NCBI GenBank assembly: GCA_000999715.1
Contig: LCGL01000003.1
Span: 26,942-90,941, forward strand
Origin: Candidatus Falkowbacteria bacterium GW2011_GWF2_43_32
Lineage (GTDB): Bacteria; Patescibacteriota; Patescibacteriia; Patescibacteriales; UBA12465
Direction: 5' to 3'
DNA length: 64,000 nucleotides
Shown: positions 1 through 9,308 of the stretch, in pieces
How positions within the stretch are numbered: the stretch's first letter is position 1
How the letters are laid out: the number at the start of each line of letters is the position of its first letter
Notes under the pieces: model-generated
What the model saw: only the letters and a program-made list of their open reading frames with translations
Told to the model about the DNA's origin: nothing
The model's database searches: none
Program-made: the position numbers and the translations under genes

Positions 1-1
1 A

Positions 2-718
2 ATGTATTTGCATCATTCCATTTTAAAAATCTATCGCCGACACATCAATCTTTTTATCGCTCCCAGTCGCTTCATGAAAGAAACTGTGGTTAAAGCCGGT
101 TGGCCGGCCGAAAAAATTAAAGTTGTTTATAATTCCTACAGTCCGGATTTGGTCGGCCCGAAAACCACGCTTGATTCTGTCGTCACCGAGAAATCGGCCA
201 CACACGATTATTTTCTTTACTTCGGACGCCTTAATCAGGAAAAGGGAATAGAAACTTTATTGCAGGCCGCGGCTTTAAACGGCCTGACCTTAAAAATCGC
301 CGGCGACGGTCCGGAAAAAGCGGCCTTGGAGAAATCGGCCAAGCAGCTAAAAATAAAAGCCGAGTTCTTGGGCTTTAAAAACGCCGCGGAATTACTGCCG
401 CTAATCAAGAACGCCCAGGCCGTGGTTATCCCGTCCATCTGGCCGGAAAATATGCCCCTCAGCTTGCTGGAAGCGCTCAGTCTCGGCCAACCGGTGATTG
501 CGGCGCGCATCGGCGGTCTGCCGGAAATAATCAAAAACGGAAAAAACGGTTTTTTGTTTACTCCCGGCGACCCGCATGATCTCGCTCGTCAAATTAAAAA
601 TCTGACCGGCGCCGACCGGGACGAACTCAGCCGGGCGGCCGTTAAAACCGCCGCCGATTTTACGCCGGAAAAAAATCTGACGGCAATAATTAATATTTAT
701 AAACAATTTTGCAAATAA
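2..718 (+). CDS. Glycosyltransferase family 4 (GT-B), 5'-truncated by window edge
   Basis: YFGRLNQEKG, IAGDGPE and PSIWPENMPLSLLEA...PVIAARIGGLPE GT4 motifs. Confidence 0.9.
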   Translation: MYLHHSILKIYRRHINLFIAPSRFMKETVVKAGWPAEKIKVVYNSYSPDLVGPKTTLDSVVTEKSATHDYFLYFGRLNQEKGIETLLQAAALNGLTLKIAGDGPEKAALEKSAKQLKIKAEFLGFKNAAELLPLIKNAQAVVIPSIWPENMPLSLLEALSLGQPVIAARIGGLPEIIKNGKNGFLFTPGDPHDLARQIKNLTGADRDELSRAAVKTAADFTPEKNLTAIINIYKQFCK

Positions 719-728
719 AACCATATAC

Positions 729-760
729 AAAAACACCTCAATTACAATTGAGGTGTTTTT
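729..760. terminator. Bidirectional intrinsic terminator
   Basis: AAAAACACCTCAATT-AC-AATTGAGGTGTTTTT inverted repeat between convergent genes. Confidence 0.85.
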
Positions 761-785
761 TATTGCTAGAATCAATATTATAAGC

Positions 786-2057
786 TTACTCGGTGACGGT
801 AAAAGAAATGCTGTAAGTCAATCCGGAAATTTCGCCGTCAACTTTGATATCCACGCGATCGGCCGACAAAGAGGGAACCACTAAAGGTTGATAGAAGCGT
901 CCGCGATTGTCGCTCTTGATAATCATATTTTCGGTACCGTCAAATAAGATGTGCAAATCTTCGTTAGGAAAATATCCGCCGCCGTTCAAAACAACGGTCG
1001 CACCCGGAGCGCCAAAAGTATGATCCAAATTCAAATATAAATTTTCCAAACTGGCGGTATCCGTTTCTTCCGTCGCTTGATAGGAAGCCAATTTCTTTAA
1101 ATTACCGTCCATAACCAAGATATTAGAATTGTTAAACACTACAATCTTCTCACCGTCGGCATAAACAACCTTCAATCCCATCGCCCAACCGCTCGGTCCG
1201 CCCATTTCTACCGTGTTGGCGGAAGAAACGGCCTGCATGGTATTTTTATCCAATTTCACGACTCCCAGACCGTTGGAAAAATAAACATAATCGGTATATC
1301 CGGAGCCGGACATATCGTAACCGTTATAATCCAAATGTTGGAAACTGCCCAACAAACGACCGTCCAAATCAAATTTTTTAGCATAATAATCATCAACCAC
1401 ATAAAGCTGACTATTGCCGTCCTGATAAGCCTGACGATTGCCGGTTTCTTTATAATTTAAAGCGATCTTAGTTTTTTCCAGCCGAGTCTCGCGATCATAA
1501 ACTGTCAAATAGCCGTCTTGAACGTTAAGAATGAAGCGATCGCCGTCAGCCTTGATATTATGAGGATTGTCGGCATTGGTGAATTTATGGGCATCAATAA
1601 CTTGCAAGTCTTTATTCCAAATTTTCACGCCTTTGTCGCTGATCGTCGCCAAATTATGACCGAATTTATCAACGCGCGTATACCATTCCCAATAAGTATT
1701 TCGTTGACTGGTAATCGGGTTTAAAACATCGTTGGCTATTTCATACTTATATAAAGTAAAGCCGCTGACCGCAAAAACGAACAAATGATTGTCTTCAACA
1801 GAAAATTTCAAGTCATAAAACTTGTCATAACGGTTGAGCTTGGCATCAAAAGGCTTTATTTTGGCAATTAATTTCAATTGCCCGTCTTCCAGCTTTAAAA
1901 TTTCCAAACTGTCGGTATTGGTAGAGCCGACATAAACTTCATTATTAAAGCTGATCGCATCGCCGGAATAATAAGTCTTGATTTTACTTTGGCTGTTATT
2001 AACAATTGCAAAAACTGCCAATAAAACCGCGAGAGATAAAAAGATTACTTTTTTCAT
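786..2057 (-). CDS. Secreted/anchored hypothetical protein, probable beta-propeller plus C-terminal Ig-like domain
   Basis: 423-aa ORF, N-terminal hydrophobic signal, beta-rich repeats, C-terminal GATVVLNGGGYFPNE segment. Confidence 0.6.
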   Translation of the reverse strand: MKKVIFLSLAVLLAVFAIVNNSQSKIKTYYSGDAISFNNEVYVGSTNTDSLEILKLEDGQLKLIAKIKPFDAKLNRYDKFYDLKFSVEDNHLFVFAVSGFTLYKYEIANDVLNPITSQRNTYWEWYTRVDKFGHNLATISDKGVKIWNKDLQVIDAHKFTNADNPHNIKADGDRFILNVQDGYLTVYDRETRLEKTKIALNYKETGNRQAYQDGNSQLYVVDDYYAKKFDLDGRLLGSFQHLDYNGYDMSGSGYTDYVYFSNGLGVVKLDKNTMQAVSSANTVEMGGPSGWAMGLKVVYADGEKIVVFNNSNILVMDGNLKKLASYQATEETDTASLENLYLNLDHTFGAPGATVVLNGGGYFPNEDLHILFDGTENMIIKSDNRGRFYQPLVVPSLSADRVDIKVDGEISGLTYSISFTVTE

Positions 2058-2112
2058 ATTAATTTTTTAGCTAATATTATATAATTATTTTCTAATAAAA
2101 CAAATTCTTTTT

Positions 2113-2141
2113 AATTTACACTATTTAATAAAAAATGTCAA
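2113..2141 (-). promoter_or_regulatory. sigma70 promoter for 786..2057
   Basis: TTGACA-17-TAAATT on minus strand. Confidence 0.6.
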
Positions 2142-2173
2142 GGGGATTAAAAACAAAAGTTAATAACTAGCTA

Positions 2174-2202
2174 TTGACAAATAAAACTATTTATATTAGA
2201 AT
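2174..2202 (+). promoter_or_regulatory. sigma70 promoter for wzz-like gene
   Basis: GCTA-TTGACA-17-TAGAAT. Confidence 0.75.
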
Positions 2203-2236
2203 AAATTAATAATTTAAAAATAAAAAAAACTATTAT

Positions 2237-3016
2237 ATGGAATTTTCCGATTTTCTTAAATTAATAAAGAGTAAAAAAGGCACTATTTTGACCTTGGTCT
2301 TTATAGTGGTGTTGTTTACGATTGGCTTATCTCTGACCAGCCCCTTGAAATACGGGGCTGAATCTCGTCTTTTGGTGGCGCAAGATACCGCCGGCAACGA
2401 TCCCTATACCATTTCCAAATCTAACGAATATCTGGGCAATCTGTTCGCTCAAATCGTATATTCCGCTTCTTTCTATGATTTGGTTCTGGAATCTCCTTAT
2501 AATGTCGATAAAAACTACTTTTCCGGCGCTTACAATAAACAATTGAAAGCTTGGCAAAAAACGATTGATACCAAAACTATCAGCGATACCGGCATTATTG
2601 AAATAAACATTTATCATCAAAATCCTTATCAGGCACAGCAGATTTCTTTGGCGGTGAACGATATTTTAATTAATAAAAATGCTTATTATCACGGCAATAA
2701 TCAAACGACCAAAATCAACATTATCGATCAACCGCTCGTTTCCAGTTATCCGGTCAAACCGAATTTAATACAAAATCTGATTTTGGCTTTTGTCGCCGGA
2801 CTGCTTTTATCTTTATTTTATATTTATCTTTTTCCGGAAAGACGCTACGACTTGAAATTATGGTCGATTAAGAAAAAATCTCCGGTGAAATCGCTGGGAG
2901 GAGCGATTAAATTGGAAGATTATACCGGCGATCGGAACGCGGAACAAAAAGAAAATGAAAACGCCGACGGCTCCAATTGGCCGGAAGGGGATATCAACAA
3001 TATTTTAAGACAATAA
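2237..3016 (+). CDS. Polysaccharide chain-length determinant (Wzz/CapA/YveK-like)
   Basis: Two TM segments, Y-x-A-x-S-x-LLV after TM1, PVKPN before TM2. Confidence 0.8.
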   Translation: MEFSDFLKLIKSKKGTILTLVFIVVLFTIGLSLTSPLKYGAESRLLVAQDTAGNDPYTISKSNEYLGNLFAQIVYSASFYDLVLESPYNVDKNYFSGAYNKQLKAWQKTIDTKTISDTGIIEINIYHQNPYQAQQISLAVNDILINKNAYYHGNNQTTKINIIDQPLVSSYPVKPNLIQNLILAFVAGLLLSLFYIYLFPERRYDLKLWSIKKKSPVKSLGGAIKLEDYTGDRNAEQKENENADGSNWPEGDINNILRQ

Positions 3017-3093
3017 AAACAATTAATAAATTTAAATAACAGTTGTAGAATTATTAACGTATCTTAAAAAACAACCCAAAGGAGGTTCATATC

Positions 3094-4062
3094 ATGACTA
3101 GAAAACTAATAGTTATTATCGTTCTGTTGGCCGCAGCGGTCAACGTTAACGCGCAGGCCCGGTATAACCGGATGAATATCGAAATTGAAGAAAACTATCA
3201 CTTCTTCAACAATCCCGCTTTCGGAAATGGCAATGTAATCGTCGTTTCCGGCGAATGGCTGCCCGGCTTTAATAAGCCAAAAGGTATTTTCGGAATCATC
3301 AACAGCGATGTTGATAAGATAAACTTAGGCGTTTATTATTCTTCGACCATTCGGTCGTGGGAAGATAAGCGTCCGACTCTAAGCACCGGATTTAACGTGA
3401 ACGATTTTCAGCAAGAAAGCTTCGGTGTAGCCGCCTTAATGAACATCACCGGATTGCAAACAATCGGCGACATTACCGTTCTGGCAAAAACCGGACCGAA
3501 TAATTTTAACGGAAATATTGTAAATAAAATGATTTATAATATTTATCTTGATTCGGTCTTGGCCGAATCGCAAACTAAAAATTATTCGGAAAATCTTAAA
3601 AATTTCGGTTGGAATTTTCAAACAAAAATCACTCGTTTCAACCGCAACACCATTTGGGCTTTCCGAAACTCTTTAGCGGTAGAATATTTAGCCGTCATTA
3701 CTTCGGAAATAAAACGTTATGAAAACTATGCTTTGATTGAAAATTCTCAAAACCGAAAAGGTCGATTTGCGATTATGGCCGAATCCAATGTCACCGATAT
3801 CAATTTGAACGATAAAATCGGTCTCGATCCGAGAGTCAAAATCGGCTTTGTAAAAGGGGAAACTTACAATTTCGGTTTGGCGGACAACGACGGACAAATG
3901 ATTTTGGGACTTGGTCTGTCTTTAATCCCCAGAACGGACAGAAGCAATGACATCATTAACGACGCCATCAATCTTTATTATGAATGGCATAGCGGCGGAG
4001 AAAGAGCCGGCGGACAATTGTCCGTCAAATGTAACCTATTTTCCCTGGGAAGATTATTATAA
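3094..4062 (+). CDS. Orphan secreted protein, probable outer-membrane beta-barrel (SPI, +1 Gln)
   Basis: Signal ends VNA|Q; alternating amphipathic strands; GGAGG SD upstream; C-terminal similarity to 9309..10244. Confidence 0.6.
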   Translation: MTRKLIVIIVLLAAAVNVNAQARYNRMNIEIEENYHFFNNPAFGNGNVIVVSGEWLPGFNKPKGIFGIINSDVDKINLGVYYSSTIRSWEDKRPTLSTGFNVNDFQQESFGVAALMNITGLQTIGDITVLAKTGPNNFNGNIVNKMIYNIYLDSVLAESQTKNYSENLKNFGWNFQTKITRFNRNTIWAFRNSLAVEYLAVITSEIKRYENYALIENSQNRKGRFAIMAESNVTDINLNDKIGLDPRVKIGFVKGETYNFGLADNDGQMILGLGLSLIPRTDRSNDIINDAINLYYEWHSGGERAGGQLSVKCNLFSLGRLL

Positions 4063-4089
4063 GCACATTACATAATCAGCGGAAAAATA

Positions 4090-4126
4090 AAAAAGCGTCG
4101 AAATTATTCGGCGCTTGTTTTTTTTG
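4090..4126. terminator. Bidirectional intrinsic terminator
   Basis: AAAAAGCGTCGAA...TTCGGCGCTT followed by a T tract, between convergent genes. Confidence 0.7.
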
Positions 4127-4142
4127 ACTTTTAAAATTCGGT

Positions 4143-4883
4143 TTACGGAAGAAAGAACGATTGAATAACATAACAATCTAAATCTTCGTTAAAGACTCCA
4201 CCTCGCATATCCGCCAGGGAACCGTCGATATTGTGATAATCGCCGCCGTAACGAAGACATAAAAATTCCTGTTCGCCAAAATTCAACCAATAACTTAAAT
4301 CATTGAAAGACAAATAATACCAAGGCTCTCGATAAAAATTCAGTAGCTCCAGCTCTTGTCCGTTAAACAGCAATTGCCCTTGAGCATTAACGCTGTCGGC
4401 AAAAATAACGAAAGGCAAGGGGCGCGTCGGACAAAAAGCGGCATTAAAAAACAAAGTGTCAATTCCGATGCGAAAGCGAGCGCTATCGGTGTTATCGCCC
4501 CATAAGCCCGGCAGCCAAACCGTTGTCCCGGGGTAATCAATCGCGTAAATTTCCGCGGTGTCTTTAAAACCACGTCCGCCGTTAGTGGCAAACAAATCAA
4601 TCGCATACCGACCAGCCATAGGCAAAGAATAATAAAAACTCTTGTCATAAAAAGTTTCGTCATTCAAATTTATCTCATAGTAATCCACGAGATAAAAATC
4701 GGGGACATTGGCGTAAACGCTAAATAATGAATCAACATAAACGGTGTCAATTTCTTGACCGTTAATCAACACAACAAAAGATAAATCATTATTAATAAAC
4801 TTATCTATTTTTTCCGGTGGCCGCTCTTCAAAGCATGCCGTAAAAATTACGACAATTATCGCCAAAATCGCAAATTTTTTCAT
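4143..4883 (-). CDS. Orphan lipoprotein with PKD/Ig-like domain
   Basis: MKK plus hydrophobic core, lipobox FTA-C, acidic +2 region; AGRYAIDLFATN PKD-like strand. Confidence 0.65.
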   Translation of the reverse strand: MKKFAILAIIVVIFTACFEERPPEKIDKFINNDLSFVVLINGQEIDTVYVDSLFSVYANVPDFYLVDYYEINLNDETFYDKSFYYSLPMAGRYAIDLFATNGGRGFKDTAEIYAIDYPGTTVWLPGLWGDNTDSARFRIGIDTLFFNAAFCPTRPLPFVIFADSVNAQGQLLFNGQELELLNFYREPWYYLSFNDLSYWLNFGEQEFLCLRYGGDYHNIDGSLADMRGGVFNEDLDCYVIQSFFLP

Positions 4884-4939
4884 GGTTTCTATCGTTTTTA
4901 AATGTAGTTGTTAAAGAATTGAAAATTTATTTTCATTTA

Positions 4940-4968
4940 ATCTTAATATAAATTCAAACTTTTGTAAA
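4940..4968 (-). promoter_or_regulatory. Probable sigma70 promoter for 4143..4883
   Basis: TTTACA-17-TAAGAT on minus strand. Confidence 0.45.
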
Positions 4969-5063
4969 GAAGCAAATAAAAAAAATAGATTATCTTTAGC
5001 GTCTATAATTAATATGTAGAAATATTTAGCTAACTTTAGCTATAATTTATCACAGCTTCACTA

Positions 5064-5092
5064 TTGACAAAAACCAAAAAAAAGTATAAAAT
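5064..5092 (+). promoter_or_regulatory. sigma70 promoter for 5192-7552 operon
   Basis: CTA-TTGACA-17-TAAAAT. Confidence 0.75.
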
Positions 5093-5191
5093 AATTTGAA
5101 CTATAATTTTAGGCTAATGGCGTAATTTATAGCTCGGGAGATTAAAAACCCTATAAAAATTGTTGTTTAAAAACTAAAAATCCAGATACTC

Positions 5192-6397
5192 ATGAAAAAA
5201 CTTATGATTTTGGCGGCCGCGGTCGCTGTATTAACGGTTTCTTGCCGAGAGGAGGCGACTCCTTTTGAAGAAGAACCGCAAATTATTCCGAAAATTTATC
5301 TATCTTGGGACAGACCGGAAGAATTAAGAGCCCTTAATGTCTATTTGGGGTTTGAAAAAAGTGACCTCACCACGGAAGAAGTGGAAGAATTATATCACAA
5401 TTCCGCGCGCTTAATGATCCCTTATAAAGGAATCGTTAAAATGCTGAAATCTCCAAGTCAACCGACGGAGACGCAAATCCAAGCGCTCATAAGAAATCTG
5501 CAAATGGATTCTCTTTATTGTGATTTTACCGAGCTGAAAAATAGCCTGAACTATTTTCTCTTGAAAGGACGTCCGGTTTGCGTGGACATTCATGAATTTA
5601 TCGGTTATTTCCTGTATACCAATGAAGCAAACGACGCTCGTGATTCATCCCTTTTTATCAGCGCCTACAAACAAATTCTTTTAAAAGAATTTGAATTGCA
5701 GTTGGCGGGATTCTTGGAAAGAAATTACGCTCAGCAGGTGGAGGATGGCAATATTTGTTTGGAACTTCTTAATGAGCCTAAAAGCGACAGATGGGAAGAC
5801 ATTCAAAAAGATTTGGCGCAAGCCATCTCTGCCAAGTTTCCGAAATTGTGTTTAGCCGTCAGGCCGGACCAATCTTATTCTCCTAATTGCTTGCGGGCCA
5901 CTTGGTTCGATCCGGCTGATTACAGGAACATCAGGCATCTCACTTTCGTCAACTTTTGGTTTGCGGAAAGACCGGATATCGGCGCTTCGCCAATGGACTT
6001 CGCTATTCAGTACGACAAATTCGTACGATACCGAAACGGCGAAGATGTGGAATTTAATCTTTTTGGCGACCTAATAACCGGTTATTACTCACACCGGGAT
6101 TATGCTTTAAATCAACAATTGTTGGAAGAAGAATTCCAAATGTGCGTTGATTGGGCAAACAACCAGGGAGAAAAAATATTCTTTGCCGAACTTGGCTGTA
6201 TTCGCTACGCGGATCCGGACGGACAATATTTTCTTAATTGTCTCAAACTCGGACAAGAATATGACATCGGCATCGGCTTATTTGAAGTCGGCGCCCAATA
6301 TTTTTTCAATTACGACGGCGACGTGCCGTTTTATTTGAACGATAAAAGCTGGACGGGATTTCAATATCTGCAAATGGATCCGGCGGAACTAAACTGA
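5192..6397 (+). CDS. Lipoprotein, GH5/clan GH-A-like glycoside hydrolase fold
   Basis: Lipobox TVS-C; ARLMIP, VDIH, ELLNEP (acid/base) and FAELG (nucleophile) motifs in GH5 order. Confidence 0.65.
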   Translation: MKKLMILAAAVAVLTVSCREEATPFEEEPQIIPKIYLSWDRPEELRALNVYLGFEKSDLTTEEVEELYHNSARLMIPYKGIVKMLKSPSQPTETQIQALIRNLQMDSLYCDFTELKNSLNYFLLKGRPVCVDIHEFIGYFLYTNEANDARDSSLFISAYKQILLKEFELQLAGFLERNYAQQVEDGNICLELLNEPKSDRWEDIQKDLAQAISAKFPKLCLAVRPDQSYSPNCLRATWFDPADYRNIRHLTFVNFWFAERPDIGASPMDFAIQYDKFVRYRNGEDVEFNLFGDLITGYYSHRDYALNQQLLEEEFQMCVDWANNQGEKIFFAELGCIRYADPDGQYFLNCLKLGQEYDIGIGLFEVGAQYFFNYDGDVPFYLNDKSWTGFQYLQMDPAELN

Positions 6398-6424
6398 AAT
6401 TGAAACTGTAAAAACTGAAAGATC

Positions 6425-7552
6425 ATGAAAAAAAACACCTTTAAAAATTGGAATCACCTGACGGGATTAATTATCCTTTTGAGTTTGTTAATCACCGGTT
6501 GTCGCGAGGCGCCGGATGATATCGGTAAAATTGAAAATCCTTGGACCGTTTCTATCGACGGCCCGACAGTGGCTTACGTCGGCGATACGATATCGCTGAC
6601 CGCCGTGTTGACCGGCAACGTTGTCGACTATAATCAAACGGCTTTTGACTGGATTATAAGCGATCCGGATGGCCTTACAAAAGCTTATACCGGTAAAAAG
6701 GCGAAGGTAGAACTGACTAAAGTCGGGGAATATTATGCCGAACTTGAAGCGACCGACTCTGACGGAGAAACAAAAACCGCCAATCTCGGTACCACCGCCA
6801 ATCGTCGCGGCGTAATTATTTCTTTAGGCCAAACGGCAGGGAACTATCTCTCCGGAGATAATCTTCAGTTTGACTCTTTGGGAATATATATCAAATTGAT
6901 TGCCGCGCCCGATGATTCGCTGGGCAGATTCACTCTGCACTTTGGAGATGATTTGGTTTTAGACACTACCATCGCGGCCACTCAAACGGTTCTAATGCAT
7001 CGTTATTCCGATTATGGAAACTATCAACTGGAATTCATAAACGACGAAACGATTGTCAAATCATTCACTATTGTCGCTCCCGATCCGGACGATGATACAA
7101 CGACAGTTTATGACGTTGACTTGGCGGAATATGACGACTTGACGGTACCTACGGATTATCCGGATGCCATGTTCGCTCAAGTGGACAGCGTTAATAACAA
7201 GTTTTATCTGCTTATTTCTGTCACGGCGACAGAAAGAGCCATCGGTCCCAATACCGAAATAACTTTAAAAGGGAACTGGGAAGGAAACAATTACAGCGAC
7301 TGGACAAGTTATTTGACCGGCACCGGCTACTCTCTGACGGTAACGACCGAAAAAGGCCGTTATCTTAAACTGGAGATAAACGATTATATCGAGGAATTCG
7401 AATATCGGGGAAACATCGTTTTGGACGACGGCAATTGGATTAACGCCCAAAACATGATGCCTTACTACGACATGGATCTGAGCATCGGAGATACCGGAAG
7501 CATTCACCTTATTATTCGTAACGGGAAAGTAATAGTCGTGATAAAAAAGTAA
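6425..7552 (+). CDS. Orphan lipoprotein with two PKD-like domains
   Basis: Lipobox ITG-C; FDWII...GEYYAELEATDSDG and HFGDD...HRYSDYGNY PKD-like motifs. Confidence 0.65.
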   Translation: MKKNTFKNWNHLTGLIILLSLLITGCREAPDDIGKIENPWTVSIDGPTVAYVGDTISLTAVLTGNVVDYNQTAFDWIISDPDGLTKAYTGKKAKVELTKVGEYYAELEATDSDGETKTANLGTTANRRGVIISLGQTAGNYLSGDNLQFDSLGIYIKLIAAPDDSLGRFTLHFGDDLVLDTTIAATQTVLMHRYSDYGNYQLEFINDETIVKSFTIVAPDPDDDTTTVYDVDLAEYDDLTVPTDYPDAMFAQVDSVNNKFYLLISVTATERAIGPNTEITLKGNWEGNNYSDWTSYLTGTGYSLTVTTEKGRYLKLEINDYIEEFEYRGNIVLDDGNWINAQNMMPYYDMDLSIGDTGSIHLIIRNGKVIVVIKK

Positions 7553-7576
7553 TTTGTTGTAAGAAAATCAACAATC

Positions 7577-7603
7577 AAAGGCCTTTCTAAGAAAGGCCTT
7601 TTT
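7577..7603 (+). terminator. Intrinsic terminator
   Basis: AAAGGCCTTTCT-A-AGAAAGGCCTTTT inverted repeat. Confidence 0.8.
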
Positions 7604-7651
7604 CATTAACCGGACATCGCCGCTAAAATAAAATTAAATTTTATTAAATAT

Positions 7652-7690
7652 AAAAAAGGCTTTCCGTAAGGAGAGCCTTGTTTGTTTGTT
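7652..7690 (-). terminator. Intrinsic terminator for 7708..9000
   Basis: AAAAAAGGCTTTCC-GTAA-GGAGAGCCTT hairpin with a T tract on the minus strand. Confidence 0.7.
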
Positions 7691-7707
7691 CGTATTTTGT
7701 CCGGTCG

Positions 7708-9000
7708 TTAATTATCTTGATATTTTAATTCCCAGACTAACTGCGTAATTTCTTGCGGCGAAGGTTGAAGAACCGTTGCCATTTCCTGATGATTTCCCAT
7801 TGATTTGGCACTATTCATCGGTGTCATAAACACCAAAGCGTCCAAATCTTCATTATACAAAGACCAAGCCGTGATATCTAATAATACACCGTCAACTCCC
7901 GGTCGAATCATAATCCAATTCGCGCCACCGGATTGAAAAGAAATAGAATCTTTGGCTACCATGGCGTACATGGACCCTCCATACATAGTCAAAGAAACAT
8001 CTTCAGACTGTTGAGTAGTTCCGTTAATGGCTCTAACAAACTTATTTTCACCTAAAATGCCGGAATAATCAATGTACAGATTTACTTGATCTTCCATAAT
8101 TTTTGCATCATTGTTAGCTACCGCTCCAGAAGGAATTTGAGGCGAATAAGACAAGGGAAAAGGAATACCATTAATGAAAATGAACCCAATGGCTATTGTG
8201 ATATTACCATTTAAAACTGTATCTAAATAATATCCACCCATCCTCTCTGCATTAACCGTAAACCACTGATTATTGATTGAGTGCACCTGCAACCAATAAA
8301 TATTACCCAAGGGCGTTGGAGTAATATTGCTGTTTTTGGCAATAATTTCCACTTCCATATAACCCGGATGCTCAACGCTGTTAATAACATTGGCGTCAAT
8401 CAACGTCCAATTATCACTTCCACCGATATTGCCGTGCGCCTGTATCGTTCCCACAGGATCATTATTCCAAGCCGTCAGCCACAGCCAGCGACAATAGTAA
8501 TAACCGTTGCCCATGTCATAAGCAGTATCCACCATTTGATTCAAATTGACCGGATCAAACGGATACTCATCCGAACATATCAAACCAATAGTATCTACCA
8601 ACGTAACAATTGACGAATCGGCGGAAATAATCAAATCCACGGCACCGTCCCGAATGGAATATGAATGAGCCACAATAATATCGTTTCCGGAAACTACTCC
8701 CACATTGCTGGTTTCGTCGCCCCAGGAAAAAACATAATTATCGAAAACTGCACCATCGGTAATTTTGAAGAAATTAGAGGTCTTGTAAAACATGGTATCG
8801 CCAACCTCCAAATAATCCGGAGCGTTCATTGATTTTAGTCTGCCATACTCCGTAGCAGAAATTTGTTCCACTAAAAAGTGGTAGGATCTAAATTCATGGG
8901 TTCGGAAATCATTGATAATGAATTCCTCACCTTCTTTCCTGCAAGAAAACAGGGATAAAAGCATCAGGCCACATAAGCCAAAAAACATTTTTGTCTTCAT
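7708..9000 (-). CDS. Orphan lipoprotein with PKD-like domain
   Basis: Lipobox LFS-C-RKEGEE; YVFSWGDE...AHSYS PKD motif. Confidence 0.65.
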   Translation of the reverse strand: MKTKMFFGLCGLMLLSLFSCRKEGEEFIINDFRTHEFRSYHFLVEQISATEYGRLKSMNAPDYLEVGDTMFYKTSNFFKITDGAVFDNYVFSWGDETSNVGVVSGNDIIVAHSYSIRDGAVDLIISADSSIVTLVDTIGLICSDEYPFDPVNLNQMVDTAYDMGNGYYYCRWLWLTAWNNDPVGTIQAHGNIGGSDNWTLIDANVINSVEHPGYMEVEIIAKNSNITPTPLGNIYWLQVHSINNQWFTVNAERMGGYYLDTVLNGNITIAIGFIFINGIPFPLSYSPQIPSGAVANNDAKIMEDQVNLYIDYSGILGENKFVRAINGTTQQSEDVSLTMYGGSMYAMVAKDSISFQSGGANWIMIRPGVDGVLLDITAWSLYNEDLDALVFMTPMNSAKSMGNHQEMATVLQPSPQEITQLVWELKYQDN

Positions 9001-9057
9001 CTTTTCAGAGTTTAAATGATTGTTAAAAAACTATAGTTAATTTTCCATTAACTTATC

Positions 9058-9086
9058 AGTTTATATTAAATTTTAATTTTTGTCAA
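9058..9086 (-). promoter_or_regulatory. sigma70 promoter for 7708..9000
   Basis: GCTA-TTGACA-17-TAAACT on minus strand. Confidence 0.7.
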
Positions 9087-9181
9087 TAGCAATAAGACGT
9101 CTTTACAAATCTTTCTATACATTACTTAAAATCATAATATATTACTTAATATTAGCTAAATAATAATTAAAGCTACAGCTA

Positions 9182-9209
9182 TTGACAAATAAACAAAATC
9201 TGTTATAAT
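9182..9209 (+). promoter_or_regulatory. sigma70 promoter for 9309-10957 operon
   Basis: GCTA-TTGACA-16-TATAAT with extended -10 TG. Confidence 0.75.
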
Positions 9210-9250
9210 AAAGGGTTAAATTTTCTTTAACAATTTAGCGGAACACCGCC

Positions 9251-9299
9251 AATCAGTATAAGCTAAATAAACAAAAATCAGTATAAACTAATAAAACAA
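9251..9299 (+). repeat. Two-copy ~25-bp tandem repeat in 5' UTR
   Basis: AATCAGTATAAGCTAAATAAACAAA / AATCAGTATAAACTAATAAAACAA. Confidence 0.75.
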
Positions 9300-9308
9300 G
9301 GAGGACTA

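Noticed and set aside
9121..9299. CRISPR-like repeats
   Set aside because: Only two adjacent imperfect copies, no spacers and no cas genes.
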